Shown one piece after another: positions 43,513 to 54,367 of a stretch of 64,000 nt of DNA. The stretch is from Thecamonas trahens ATCC 50062 (Eukaryota > Protista > Apusomonadida): positions 62,001-126,000 of the forward strand of contig NW_013657671.1 of the NCBI RefSeq assembly GCF_000142905.1. The letters are read 5' to 3'. How positions within the stretch are numbered: position 1 is the first letter of the stretch; each line of letters begins with the position of its first letter. The notes beneath the pieces were generated by a model. The model was not told the origin of the DNA and did not search any database. It saw only the letters and a list, made by a program, of their open reading frames with translations. Made by a program: the position numbers and the translations under genes.

Positions 43513-44559
43513 CTACATAGGCGACACCGGCTCCTGATTCGCAATGGCATGGGAGCTCGGCGGCGTTCCGCCTGAACTCGCGGACGTCAGCGGCTTGGCC
43601 CGCTTGGCCGACGGCTCGTCCGTGTCGGCAGCAGCCTCGCGCGCCCGCTTGGCTTTTTTCAGGTCAAGCTCGATCTCTTCGATGGTGCGGCGGTCACGCT
43701 CGCGCGGTACAAGCTTGGACAGCTCCAGCTCCTGGGTCTGCGCGGCGGCGGCGGCGGCTCGGGCCGCCTCCTCGGCCGACGCCCGCGACGCGTTAGCCTC
43801 CAGCTCCTTACGGCGGGCCTCGCGGCAGGCAAGCTCGCGGTGGAGCGAGCCGAGCGTGTTGTGGATGTTGAACTCAGACGGATGGAGGTTACGGAGGAGG
43901 TCGACGTGGTCCTCATTCGGCGTCAGCTCCTTGCGGTAGATGACCATGTGTCGGACAGCCGGATCGTCGCCATACGAGACCGCGCCGAGGCCCTTGGTGT
44001 CACACACCTCGTGTAGGACAGCTCGCAGCGGACGGTCCAACGCAAGAGGCACCAGCGCCTCGTTCATCGCCGGATTCGCCGCAAAGCTCGCCTTGATCTT
44101 GTCCACGTTGGCATCGGCGGTAGCTCGAAAAGCCATCAGCCGCTGCCGCTCCCGCTCCTCAGCCGCCTTCTCCCTCGCCAGTCGCTCCCTCTCTGCCGGA
44201 GATACCGTCGATACCGGCCGCTTGTACTTTTTCGCACCCGAGAGCAGCGACATCAGCAGCGGCGCCTTCTTCTTCTTGCCCGTCGCCGGCACAGACCCTG
44301 TTCCTGACGCGCCGGTCGAGCCCATTGTCGCCGCTCCCGCGCTCCCTCCCGCTTTTCCACTTGCCGCCGCCGTCGCCGCCGCCGCCGTCTGCAGTGCAGC
44401 TTCGCCTGCACCAGCTGCTGCTGCCTGCACCTCCTCTGGGGGCGGCGGGGGTGGTGCTGACGCCGGCGGCCCGGCGGCCGAAGCCGCCGACTGCCCTGCC
44501 ACCCCGCCGCCTGGAAGAGCCGGCGGCTTGATGCGAATGCGAAGCGGTGGATCGCTCAT
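43513..44559 (-). CDS. SPAG7: SPAG7-like R3H-domain protein
   Basis: R3H motif LRAVLHEVC..GL.AVSYGDD..RHMVIYRKE..P. C-terminal RDRRTIEEI..LKKAKR. Confidence 0.75.
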   Translation of the reverse strand: MSDPPLRIRIKPPALPGGGVAGQSAASAAGPPASAPPPPPPEEVQAAAAGAGEAALQTAAAATAAASGKAGGSAGAATMGSTGASGTGSVPATGKKKKAPLLMSLLSGAKKYKRPVSTVSPAERERLAREKAAEERERQRLMAFRATADANVDKIKASFAANPAMNEALVPLALDRPLRAVLHEVCDTKGLGAVSYGDDPAVRHMVIYRKELTPNEDHVDLLRNLHPSEFNIHNTLGSLHRELACREARRKELEANASRASAEEAARAAAAAAQTQELELSKLVPRERDRRTIEEIELDLKKAKRAREAAADTDEPSAKRAKPLTSASSGGTPPSSHAIANQEPVSPM

Positions 44560-44775
44560 ACCGGATGGATGGATATGGAAGAGTACCTAGAGTAGAAGGG
44601 AGGGGGGGGAGGGGGGGGGGGGGGGGTTGGCTGGTGGGGATGGGCGGTCGAGATGAGCGACAATGAGTCGAGTGTACGTGCGTGGACTCGGGACGCGACT
44701 CTGCCAGCCACGCCGATCAACAGCTGACTAAGCGCTTTCATTTGTACGCAACAGCCGCTCGGAACCTTGGGTGCG

Positions 44776-47700
44776 TCAACTGTCGAGCTCTGCTGGTGAG
44801 CAGCCGTTGAGCTCGAAGACTTGTCTGGCTTCGGCAGCCCGATGGGCAGCAAGATCGGCCACATGCGCGTTGTGCGCCTCGGCGGCAGCGTTGGTCCTCG
44901 CCACAAACTCGGCTTTGAGCACGCCAAGCCGGGGATGGTCAAACCACCGCCCGCCGTCCGCGTCGACGTAGGCGCGGCCATCAAAGAAGAACCCGTCGGG
45001 AACAGGCTCGTCTTTGGACGCTGCTCGGATGTCGGCAATCTCTGCCTGGCTCAGAGACGCTGCCGTCCGCGTTGTCGGTTTTTCTACCGGCAGCGGAACT
45101 CGCGCGTCGAGCAGCGCGGTCACAACCGCGCGCTTGGTCACATACGACCCATCAACCGCAAACACGCTGCCACTCTCTGCATGCTGCCCATCACCAAGCT
45201 CGACAAACTCGACGCTTGGCGAGACGCCCGACATGCCGCGCGCCGACGATGCACCCACGGCCTCATGAGCGTCCGCTGGCGATAGGAGCGAGGAACCGTT
45301 GACTCTCGCTCGCCACACCGCGCTCCCATCGCTCGTAATCGTAGCCATGCCGCGGACACGAGTGACCTGTAGCGGTGTGCCGTCCGGTCCAGCCACGGAG
45401 CCGCCAAGAAGGTTGCGGAGGACACGCAAGAGGCAGGCCTCATCCAGCACCATCGGCAGTCTCGCCACCACCAGTGTCACATGCCGCGCCGCCACGCTCG
45501 CGGCAACTTCCAGATCCGGAGAGCACAATGCCCGCAGCTCGGCCTGGCTCGCCGCCTGCCACGCGTCGAGCCTCAGCAGCTCGTCGACGGCCGCAGGGTG
45601 GACAACTCGCCCAGAATGCGAACCCATGACCATGCTCGCCTCGGGGTTGCGGGCAGCCACCGAGGCCCGGGTCGTCTCGATGCTGTGGTCGCTGTCCTTC
45701 GCCTCGGGCATCCGCACCACTACCGCCTGTACAAAACCGCGGCGGAGCAGGCTCGCGGCATTCGGCAGCAGCGGTGCACATGCGCCCACCCGGCCGCTCG
45801 GCATCTGATGAAGAACCGGATGGACCAAGGCGACCACGGACGCAATGAACACCTCGTCACGCATGCCTGGACCCTCAAGCATGGTCGTAACTGCCGCCAC
45901 ATCCACGTACGCAGGCGCCACAAGTGCCACTCGCCCCGTCCGCGGCTCAACTGCGCTGCGTGCCTCGGTCGCTGCGTCGCGGACTCGCGCCGCCCACGCG
46001 CTGTCATCAAACAGCGCCTCATCGTCAAGCGCGGACGAGACCACACTCCACTGGTGCCGCTCGGACGAGGTCTCGATCAGCGAGGCTACCAGCGTGTCAG
46101 CCCCGGCGCATGCTGCACCGCAGACAACCGTTACGGGGACAGCGTGCTCTCCATGTTCGATTGCCACCGGCGTCTTGCTCTTGGCCCCGAGGCTCGCACA
46201 CACCGCAAAGTCCTCAAACGACGGCTCGAGACGGACTGGAAGCGACTCTGCCGGTTCGACGGTCGGCATTTCGAGACGCACCACGACCTCGCCCTCGTCC
46301 CACAACGGGCGCCACAATGCATACGCTGACCGTGCCACCATTCGCCAGCCAGACGCCGCGCGATCAAAAGTCATCGACAGCCGTACCGGCTCGCCGCAGG
46401 CCACCAGCCTGCCGAGCGAGAGCCCGCCGAGCCGCGCGGCGGCAGAAGCAAGGCTCGCACTCGGCATCACAACGTCTAGATGGGTCACCGTCGCCCCACT
46501 ATCGGCATCAACCGAGTTGTACGTCGCCACAGAAAGCGGCAGCAATGCTGGCATAGCAAGCGGAACCACCATGAGCCCGGTCCTTCGTGAGCCAAAGACG
46601 AGTCCGCCCTCAAACACGCTCACGCTCCCGTCCAGCGTCAGTCGCTCCGCGCTGAGAACGCCAGGGACTGCGTGCGGCGACACGGCGGCTCCAAGGCCGC
46701 AGGCAGCCGCGGCAGACGCCACTGTCAGCTTGCGCCGCCTCTTGTCCCACACCTGCACGTCTGCAGCTTCTGAGACTGCCGCAAACCGCTCGCCAGACAC
46801 GGCATACGTCTCGCCGTGCGAGAGGACCACGTCGTTGGCAACAACTTCGATGGTGATGACAGCTAGGAGCCCCGGACAAGCCGGCAGAGGCTCGGCTGGA
46901 ATGCGTTGATTGAACGCTCCGTGTGAGGTGAGCCGCACAGAGCCACGGACCGTCGCCGCGTCCGGAAGCACACTACCAAGCTCGCTCCGTGCGACACGCC
47001 CCAGTTCGCTGTCTCCCATGACGCTGCCCCCGTCACGCCCGCTGAGCGTTGCCACAAACCGGGCTGCCACCCGCGGCAGCGCTGCCACCATCGTGGTGTA
47101 GATACGGAACAGGGCCGCGACCCGGGCATCGGCGGCGTCGTCAGATGGCCCGACGTCGCCGACGCCATCGTCGCTCTCGTCAACCGAGTCGCTCTCGTCG
47201 TCCGAGTCCGAGTTGAAGCCGGGGTGGAAAGAGAAGAGCGAGAACGAGCGCGGCTTGGCCGGCGCATCGCTCGTCGCCGCAGCGGCCGACGGCTGCGGCA
47301 TGTCCGGTGGTACGTCGCTCGTCGGCGCGTTGACCACAAACAGCGTGCGCGCCAGAGAGACTCCAAACGATGGCTCGGTGCACGACACAGTGGCCACGCA
47401 GTGTGAGCCGAGTTGGACAACATTGACGGCCGGTGGCGTCGCCCCGGGTACCTCGCGGCCGACCATGCCGTAGCGGTAAAGACTCGAGCGGCTCGACGAG
47501 CGCGTCGGACGTCAGCCGGGCCGATGCCGCATCCATGGTGCTCAGCATAAGCTCCCAGTTGGGTGCCAGCTGCGAGTGTGCCACGTGGTGTGCCGAAGCC
47601 AGCGTCTGCACGTCGCACGCCGGGTAGACCTGGGCGGTGAGGAGTTTGTGAATGCCGACCACGTCAAAGACCATCGAGAAGAATCCGGCAACACCGACCG

Positions 47701-48304
47701 GGCGAAAGGTGTGCGTCGACGAGCCATCGAGCGGGACATAGCCATATGCCTGGACCAGTGGCCAGCGCTCGGCATCCATCGGCTCAAACTGGCGACCGTC
47801 CTCGGCGTCGAGATCGAGGGCCGGCAGGCCGACCCGCGGCTTGGCCCGCGACGGTGCCGGCGGCCACAGCAGGAGCTCGTCAATGGCGTGGACAAACGTC
47901 GCGGCCTTGAACTCGTCCAGCTCGTCTGATGCCGGGGGCTCGCTGCCGGAAGCTGGGAGGACAAACAGGCGCACATTGTCCGAGGCGGCGGTGAGGGCCA
48001 CGAGATGGGCGAGCGCGTGTGGTGGCGCTACGATAGCCATCGTATCCGGCGTGATGATCATGACCAGCTCCTCCAGCGCTCGCGCCAGATTTCGATCTTT
48101 CGGCTCGTGCGCAATGCCGCCGCCAGAGTAGCCCAGCAGGAGATAGTTGGCAAACCGTCGCATGCCCTCGTCGTGCCGGGCGTCAATGCCCGTCACCGCC
48201 ACCACCGCGTCCAGGCCCTCTCTTCCCGCCACTGCCCGCACATGCCCCAGCCGCGCTCGGAACGCACCGCTCCCGTACACACCCGCTTCGCCCGTCACCG
48301 CCAT
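44776..48304 (-). CDS. DNAAF9: DNAAF9/C20orf194 (Shulin)-like dynein assembly factor; frame break at ~47478-47480
   Basis: N-terminal GIDARHDEG..FANYLLLG, EFKAATFV, ERWPLVQAY, GFFSM. CobW-like region VTVVCGAACAG. C-terminal GFFFDG..YVD.DG...DHP. The two ORFs join at EPLES/YRYGM. Confidence 0.8.
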
Positions 48305-48446
48305 GTCCGTGTCAGAGTGTGGTGTGAAAGGCGGGGAGCGCCAAGCTGACTGACAGCCGTGCTCGGAAGGGGGGGGGGGGGGGGGGGACAGAGTGATAGC
48401 TGTGTATTGGCACGGGGAGGGGGGGGGGGCAGTGCTCGGGCCGATG

Positions 48447-49127
48447 TCACGGCCATGCCGGCGGTGGCAGACCGCGCGAGGCAATGCCGGTAAGGATGGT
48501 GGTGGCGAGATGGGCTGCGGAGAAGAGGTCAAGATCCATCGAGAGCGATGCGTCGACAGGCGCTACGATGGGAGAGAGAAGCTGCTGCGGCTGCCGCCGA
48601 GGCCGGGGCCTCGGTTCAACCGATCCCCGCGCCCTGATCCGTCCTGAACGCCGCGACCGCCGACTTGAAGAGCCGCCTTGTGCTCTCCGTCTTGGCCGCA
48701 ATCCCGAACCCGATCTCGACCCCGATCCCGGCCTGCGGCCTTGCGCCTGGCCTGCACCGGATCTGCGGTGGCGGCGAGAGCGACGAGTGCGGGAAGCGTG
48801 GGAAGATGGAGAGCGCGACGATCGCCCCGAGGATCGACGTCGGCGCCTGCGCCGGCCTCGATGCCTATGCCTACTCTCCCGTGGCGAGCAACCGCGTGGA
48901 AGGGTACAAACTGTTGGCGCATCGGCAAATGAGACCGAGAGCGACGAGATGCGATCGACGGCAACAAGGGCCGGAGCGGCACGACCAGCTCCGTCGAGCC
49001 ACATGATGGGATGGGCAAAGACGCATGGCTCACTCGGCCTGCCTCCCCCGTCCTCCTCTTCCGACGCCGACTCGTAGGTGTAGACATATACGTAGTCCGA
49101 CAACAACTCGGTACTCGACTCGGCCAT
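48447..49127 (-). CDS. Hypothetical Arg/Ser-rich protein
   Basis: ATG-initiated 226-aa ORF with a YVYVYTYE motif and an RS-rich middle; no recognisable domain. Confidence 0.45.
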   Translation of the reverse strand: MAESSTELLSDYVYVYTYESASEEEDGGGRPSEPCVFAHPIMWLDGAGRAAPALVAVDRISSLSVSFADAPTVCTLPRGCSPRESRHRHRGRRRRRRRSSGRSSRSPSSHASRTRRSRRHRRSGAGQAQGRRPGSGSRSGSGLRPRRRAQGGSSSRRSRRSGRIRARGSVEPRPRPRRQPQQLLSPIVAPVDASLSMDLDLFSAAHLATTILTGIASRGLPPPAWP

Positions 49128-49448
49128 CCAGGCTCAGAGCCCTCTCCGCGCTCCTTCGAACCCGTCTGCCTCTCGTGGTGCTCCACAAGCGAGAAGTGCA
49201 GTCGTCTGCCGCCGCCTGCCCATCCCTCTGTACGGCAGTGACCTTGGTGAGAGCAACCAGAGGGTAGCAGCAGTGAAACACCATATCTCCCATCCTCTTC
49301 TACCCATGCGATTGCTTCCACACAAACCGATCGCCGTCCCCATGCCCATGCCAATACCCACCCGGGCCTCCAATCGCCTTCGCCTGCCATCCCTCGACCA
49401 GAGCCAGAGTCAGAGGTAGAGACAGACGAGGACACACGTGACGCAATT

Positions 49449-50264
49449 ATGAGTGCGCCACGACCAAGCAAGCGAGCCAAGGGCCTTGGACAGCAGGTGG
49501 AGGAGGTGGCGTCTATTGTGGAGCAGATTGCGCGTGGAGATAGTGGCAGTGGGACAAGTAGCGCCCGCAGTCTGGTGAGCTATGTCCAGGAGACGCCCGT
49601 CAAGGCCATTGCGCCACCGTCACAGACTCGCCCTGTCCCGAGGCCTCCAACAACTGCGTCTCGCGTCAGCTCGGATGCTACCACAGCGGCGAGCAGGCTG
49701 GCAAAGCCGGTTGTCACCGAGCGTGTCGCTTCGGCTGTGACGGCGTCGAGGAGAAGGGCCAACAAGGAGAAGCGGAGGCAGGTGGCCGCAAAGGCCAAGA
49801 AGCGCGGCGCCAAGGTCCGCGCCTCGCGCAAGGCTGTCCGCAAGGTCAGAGTCCCGCGCAAGGTTGTCGACTATGAAGCACTTCTACCTCTACATCACAT
49901 GTGGAAGAAGTACGCTGCGACCTGTCTGGGCAAGGCCGAGAACTTTGTCGCCAGCAATCGCACCGGCGCCATCACCCTCGGCCCGCACATCGGCAAGCTC
50001 GAGCTGGCCGGTGCCCTGCTCTCGGTTGTCTCGTCAAAGTCGCCGTCGCTGGTAGGCGTTCAGGGCCTGGTCATGGCCGAGTCGGCTCAGATGTTTACTC
50101 TCGTCACACCGCAGTCCAAGCTCAAGCACGTGCCCAAGGCCTCGTGTGTCTTTGGCCTCATCTGGGACTCGCTCTTCATCACCCTGCACGGGCCGAACAT
50201 CTGCTTCCGCGCCTCGGAGCGCGCCGCCCGCAAGCTCAAGGCCCGCCCTACCAACGTCTTGTGA
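49449..50264 (+). CDS. POP4: RNase P/MRP subunit POP4/Rpp29
   Basis: YEALLPLHHMWKKY, ELAGALLSVVSSKSPSLVGVQGLV.AES..MF, KHVPK..CVF, LHG....RASERAARK. Confidence 0.9.
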   Translation: MSAPRPSKRAKGLGQQVEEVASIVEQIARGDSGSGTSSARSLVSYVQETPVKAIAPPSQTRPVPRPPTTASRVSSDATTAASRLAKPVVTERVASAVTASRRRANKEKRRQVAAKAKKRGAKVRASRKAVRKVRVPRKVVDYEALLPLHHMWKKYAATCLGKAENFVASNRTGAITLGPHIGKLELAGALLSVVSSKSPSLVGVQGLVMAESAQMFTLVTPQSKLKHVPKASCVFGLIWDSLFITLHGPNICFRASERAARKLKARPTNVL

Positions 50265-50584
50265 TCGCTATCATCGCCACCACCTCCCCATCATCGCCCA
50301 CGCCCATTCGAACGCTGCCAGGCACTGAGCCTCGGCCACCGCCCCCACTTACCCCCCACCGCCCCCACTTACCCCCCACCTCCTCCCCCCCCCACATCGA
50401 TCCGCTCCACATTGGACTAAAAACAACCTCTTGACCAACTTGTTCAACGCGAGCAATCAGCCAGTACCACCGCGCAACCACACCACACGCCCACCAACGC
50501 CCTCCACCCCCCCCCGGGCCTCCCTCTCTACCTACCAACCAACTCGTGCTTGACCCACACACCACTCTGCCATCTTTACGTCCC

Positions 50585-52007
50585 ATGGCAGAGGAAAAGT
50601 CACGCCGGCCAGCGGGTACGTCACCATGTGGTGTGGGTGCAGAGGACAGGGTGTAGGAGGGAGGGACGAGGGGGGAGGGGGGGCGGGGGTAGGGGGTGGT
50701 GAGTGGTGGGAGCGGTCATCGCCGCCGGAACNNNNNNNNNNNNNNNNNNNNNNNNNNNNNNNNNNNNNNNNNNNNNNNNNNNNNNNNNNNNNNNNNNNNN
50801 NNNNNNNNNNNNNNNNNNNNNNNNNNNNNNNATGGTCGGAGGGATGAAGGGCGGCGAGGGGGGGGGGGCGTGCTATTGTGCCTGTGCCTGTGTGTGGTGC
50901 TGCAGGAGAGGGTGGGTCGGTCGGGCGGGGGAAGCCAGGCGCACGACCTTTTTCGAGAGGTGGCCGTCCGAAGGTGATGGTGTCAGGGAGGGGGAAAGGC
51001 GGTGGGTGAGGGCAAGGAGGGTAAGGAGGACTCACGTTTACCATGATGTGGCTGATTCATGATGGTGTGGGTGTATGTGGGGGAGAATAGCGTCGTTGCT
51101 GAAGCAGCAGAAGCTCCCTGCGTGGCAGCCTGTTCTTACGCCGCGGGTGGTCATCATCGGCTTCCTCGCCGTTGGCCTGCTCTTTGTCCCGCTCGGTATT
51201 GCCTTCCTTGCGGCAGCCAACTCGGTGAAGCAGGTTGAGGTGGACTACACGCAGTGCAATCCGGCGACGGCGCCGAATGGCATTCAGAACTGTACCGTCT
51301 CGGTCGCACTGCCCGAGATGAAGGCGCCGGTCTACGTTTACTACCAGCTCACCAACTACTATCAGAACCATCGCCGGTATGTCAAGTCGCGCAACGATGC
51401 GCAGCTCCGCGGTGATCCGCCCAAGAAGTGGAGCTCACTGGAGGACTGCCTCCCGCGCATCGCCGTCAACGACGACAGCTCGGAGAACAACCCGTCCGAG
51501 TGGTTCCTCCCATGTGGACTCATTGCCTGGTCGCGGTTCAACGACACGTTTGAGCTGACTCCGTCGGGCTCGTCGACTCCGCTGCCGTGGGTCAAGGATG
51601 GCATTGCGTGGTACTCTGACGTGAAGGAGAAGTTCCGCAACCCGCCGCCGACCGCACCCGGCCGCCGCCTCGATCCGCCGGTCGACTTTGTTGACCAGGA
51701 CTTTATTGTGTGGATGCGGACCGCCGGCCTCCCGTCGTTCCGCAAGCTCTACCGCATCATTCCCAACGACATCCCTGCAGGGCTCTACACCTTTTCCATC
51801 CAGTCCAGGTTCCACGTCCTGCCCTTTGGCGGAACCAAGGGCCTCGTCGTCTCCACCGCCTCGTGGATGGGTGGCAAGAACACCTTCCTCGGCACGGCCT
51901 ACATTGTTGTCGGCATTCTCTGCCTGCTCATCGGCGTCGCTTTCCTTGCTGCACAGACTCTTTTCCCGCGCAAGCTCACTGGCGACTTTTACACCCTCTC
52001 CGAGTAA
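50585..52007 (+). CDS. CDC50: CDC50/LEM3/ALIS flippase beta subunit; exons 50585-50615 and 51091-52007
   Basis: MAEEKSRRPA/ASLLKQQKLPAWQP, YYQLTNYYQNHRRYVKSR, PCGLIAWS.FNDT, FIVWMRTAGLP.FRKLY, GGKNTFLG.AY. Two TM segments. Confidence 0.95.
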
Positions 52008-52042
52008 ACTCCCTGCTCTCTGCTACCCTGCGCCAGCCGCAC

Positions 52043-53923
52043 TCACGCGCCGTCGTCGCCGGCCACCTGCCCGGCCATTGGATCCTGCGCCCGCGAACGC
52101 CCGCGCTGCCACGCCTCAAGCTCTGCAGGAGTCACCTCGGTGTTCTGCATCGAGAGCGGGACCTTACGCTTGCTCTCACGCTCCGCCGAAGCCGACCGCC
52201 GCCGCTTACGCTTGCTTGTTCGCGACGAGCCGCTCCGTCGCGACGACCGCCCGCTCCGCCGCGACGACCGCCCGCTCCGCCGCGACGACCGCCCGCTCCG
52301 CCTCGATGACCGCGACCGCCGCGACGACCGCGACCGCCGCTCCGAGTACGAGCCCGAGTACGCTCCCGAGTACGCTCCCGAGACCGAGCCCGAGTACGCT
52401 CCCGAGTACGAGTTTGAATACGACGGCGAGCGGTGGCGACGGCGCGAGCGATGGCGAGATGACCGCGACTTACTCTTACTCTTGCCCTTGTCCTTGGCCT
52501 TGCCCTTGTCCTTGGCCTTGGCCTTGGCCTTGGCCTTGGCCTTGCCCTTGCCCTTGCCCTTGCCCTTGCCCTTGCCCTCCAACGCATCTTTGGACGTGTC
52601 CTCGCCGACGCCAGCCGTGGCGGAATCATTGCTGGGAGCAAGGGCGGTACCAGTGCCCGAGCTCGCGGAGGCAGACGCGGCGGCCGGAAGGGCGCGCGGC
52701 GGGAGGCAGACAGCGTTGCGGATGGTGGAGCGGCAGCACTTGTAGCCCCAGCGACCGTCCTCCCACCATGAGCCCCAGATGGCCGTGTGGCCGTTGACGA
52801 CGACGTCCTCGAGGTACTTGGACTTTGTCGGGGCGCGCTCCAAACCCTTTTTGACGCGGCCGTCGCGCGAGTACTCGACGTAGTTCTCTGACTGAGAGAA
52901 GAGCAGGTCCGGGTTAGGAGCTGACGCCGCCGGGGCGCCCGTTTCAGAGCCATACCGCTCGAGCAGCTTGCGCTTCTTCTCCTCCTCGAGCTTGGCCTTG
53001 CGCTCCTTGGCGCGCCGGTAGAGGAGCTCGGTCTGCGACGGCAGAGCGACCGGATTGACCTCCTCATTGCCGTGGGCGCGAGCTTGCCAGGCAAAACGCT
53101 CCTGCTCACGGTGGGCAGCCGCGTCGCCCGAGGCCCGTACAAAGTTCTCGCCGGCAAAGTCAGTCTCTTCCAGCGGCTTGTCCGGGTTGGGGTTTGACGG
53201 CATTGACCGTGACTTGGGGTCGTAGTGCGCCGAGTTGAGCGAGAGATTGTACAGGTACTTGGCTCTGTCCTCGCGGATGCGCAAGTGCATGACCGAGCCC
53301 TGCCCGACCTTGGACTCGTAATTGACGGTCTCGCCGACCAGATCCTTGTCCTCGTCGTCGCCGGGCGCAGCTTTGGCAGCGTCAAGCTGCTGCGCACGGA
53401 GCTTGAGGCGGGCCTCCTCCCGGCGCTTGTGGCGCTTGATGACTGCAGCATAGTCGTCCGGATTGAACCCCTCCCACCGATCGTGCTCGCCGTCCCAGGT
53501 CGAGAACTTCTTGTTGACAATGATCTCGTCTGGCGCGAGGTCGAGCCCGGTGTGTGCGGCGCCTATCTTGCGCGGACGCTCCACACACTCCTTGGCCTTG
53601 TGGGTCATGGCGCCGCAGTTTGTACACGCGCCCTTGCGGAACTTGCGCGGACGGGCGGCAACAACGGGCCTGCGGACGGCGTTGACCTTGCGGGTGGGCT
53701 CGATGGGGTCGGCGATGCGGAGCACATTGGGCGCCTTTTGATGCTTGAGCGACGGGCCCGTCGAGCCAATGTACCACGGTGCCTTGGACATAAACTCAGG
53801 AATGTGCGGGTTGATCTCATTGCCATCCTCATCCACCTCGGCCGGCGCCTCGCCTGCCTTCCGCGCCGCGTCTAGCTCCTGCGCCTTGCGGTACTCCTCA
53901 CGGGTCAGCCGCTTGTTTGACAT
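52043..53923 (-). CDS. SLU7: Pre-mRNA splicing factor SLU7
   Basis: ELDAARKAG.APAEVDEDG.EINPHIP.FMSKAPWY, zinc knuckle GACTNCGAMTHKAKECVERPRK, LRIREDRAKYL.NL, HTAIWGSWW..G.WGYKCC. Confidence 0.95.
   Translation of the reverse strand: MSNKRLTREEYRKAQELDAARKAGEAPAEVDEDGNEINPHIPEFMSKAPWYIGSTGPSLKHQKAPNVLRIADPIEPTRKVNAVRRPVVAARPRKFRKGACTNCGAMTHKAKECVERPRKIGAAHTGLDLAPDEIIVNKKFSTWDGEHDRWEGFNPDDYAAVIKRHKRREEARLKLRAQQLDAAKAAPGDDEDKDLVGETVNYESKVGQGSVMHLRIREDRAKYLYNLSLNSAHYDPKSRSMPSNPNPDKPLEETDFAGENFVRASGDAAAHREQERFAWQARAHGNEEVNPVALPSQTELLYRRAKERKAKLEEEKKRKLLERYGSETGAPAASAPNPDLLFSQSENYVEYSRDGRVKKGLERAPTKSKYLEDVVVNGHTAIWGSWWEDGRWGYKCCRSTIRNAVCLPPRALPAAASASASSGTGTALAPSNDSATAGVGEDTSKDALEGKGKGKGKGKGKAKAKAKAKAKDKGKAKDKGKSKSKSRSSRHRSRRRHRSPSYSNSYSGAYSGSVSGAYSGAYSGSYSERRSRSSRRSRSSRRSGRSSRRSGRSSRRSGRSSRRSGSSRTSKRKRRRSASAERESKRKVPLSMQNTEVTPAELEAWQRGRSRAQDPMAGQVAGDDGA
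52225..52580 (-). repeat. Coding tandem repeats in the SLU7 C-terminus (SSRRSGR x4, SGAY repeats, KG/KA hexamers)
   Basis: cgcgacgaccgcccgctccgc units and (ccttgs)n arrays on the + strand. Confidence 0.85.
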
Positions 53924-54367
53924 CCTTCTTTCCCTGCTCACAACAGTGGGGGGGGTAGAGGGGGTAGAGTGGAGTGTGGAGTGTGTGCGTGCCGGAGGGG
54001 GGGAGGGAGGGGGCGGAGGGGGGGGGGGGGGGCGGGAAGGGGGAGGGGGGCGTTGTGTCGTTGGTCGATGTGTGATGGGCGTGACGGTGGGGGGAGGAGG
54101 GGGCGAGGGGGGGGGGGCAAGGGGGGAGGGGGGCTTGTGTCGTTGGTCGATGTGTGATGGGCGTGACGGTGGGTTGGCGGCTCGGCTTCCGAGCGACGAC
54201 AAAGCACTCTCGGTCGAGTCGAACTACGGGTGCATGGGTGGGGACAACTTTTACGCTCGTTTGGGTGGGCATGCGCGATGAGACACTTGGACGCGGAGCG
54301 ACGGTGCTGTAGCGCGATGTCGATGGAGGCCGTGCAGAGGGCAACGGGATGACAAGACAAAGGCAGG

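Noticed and set aside
54053-54173. 39-bp direct repeat (ttgtgtcgttggtcgatgtgtgatgggcgtgacggtggg) separated by G runs
   Set aside because: Only two copies, no unique spacer and no cas genes, so not CRISPR. Likely local slippage or a mis-assembly in poly-G sequence.
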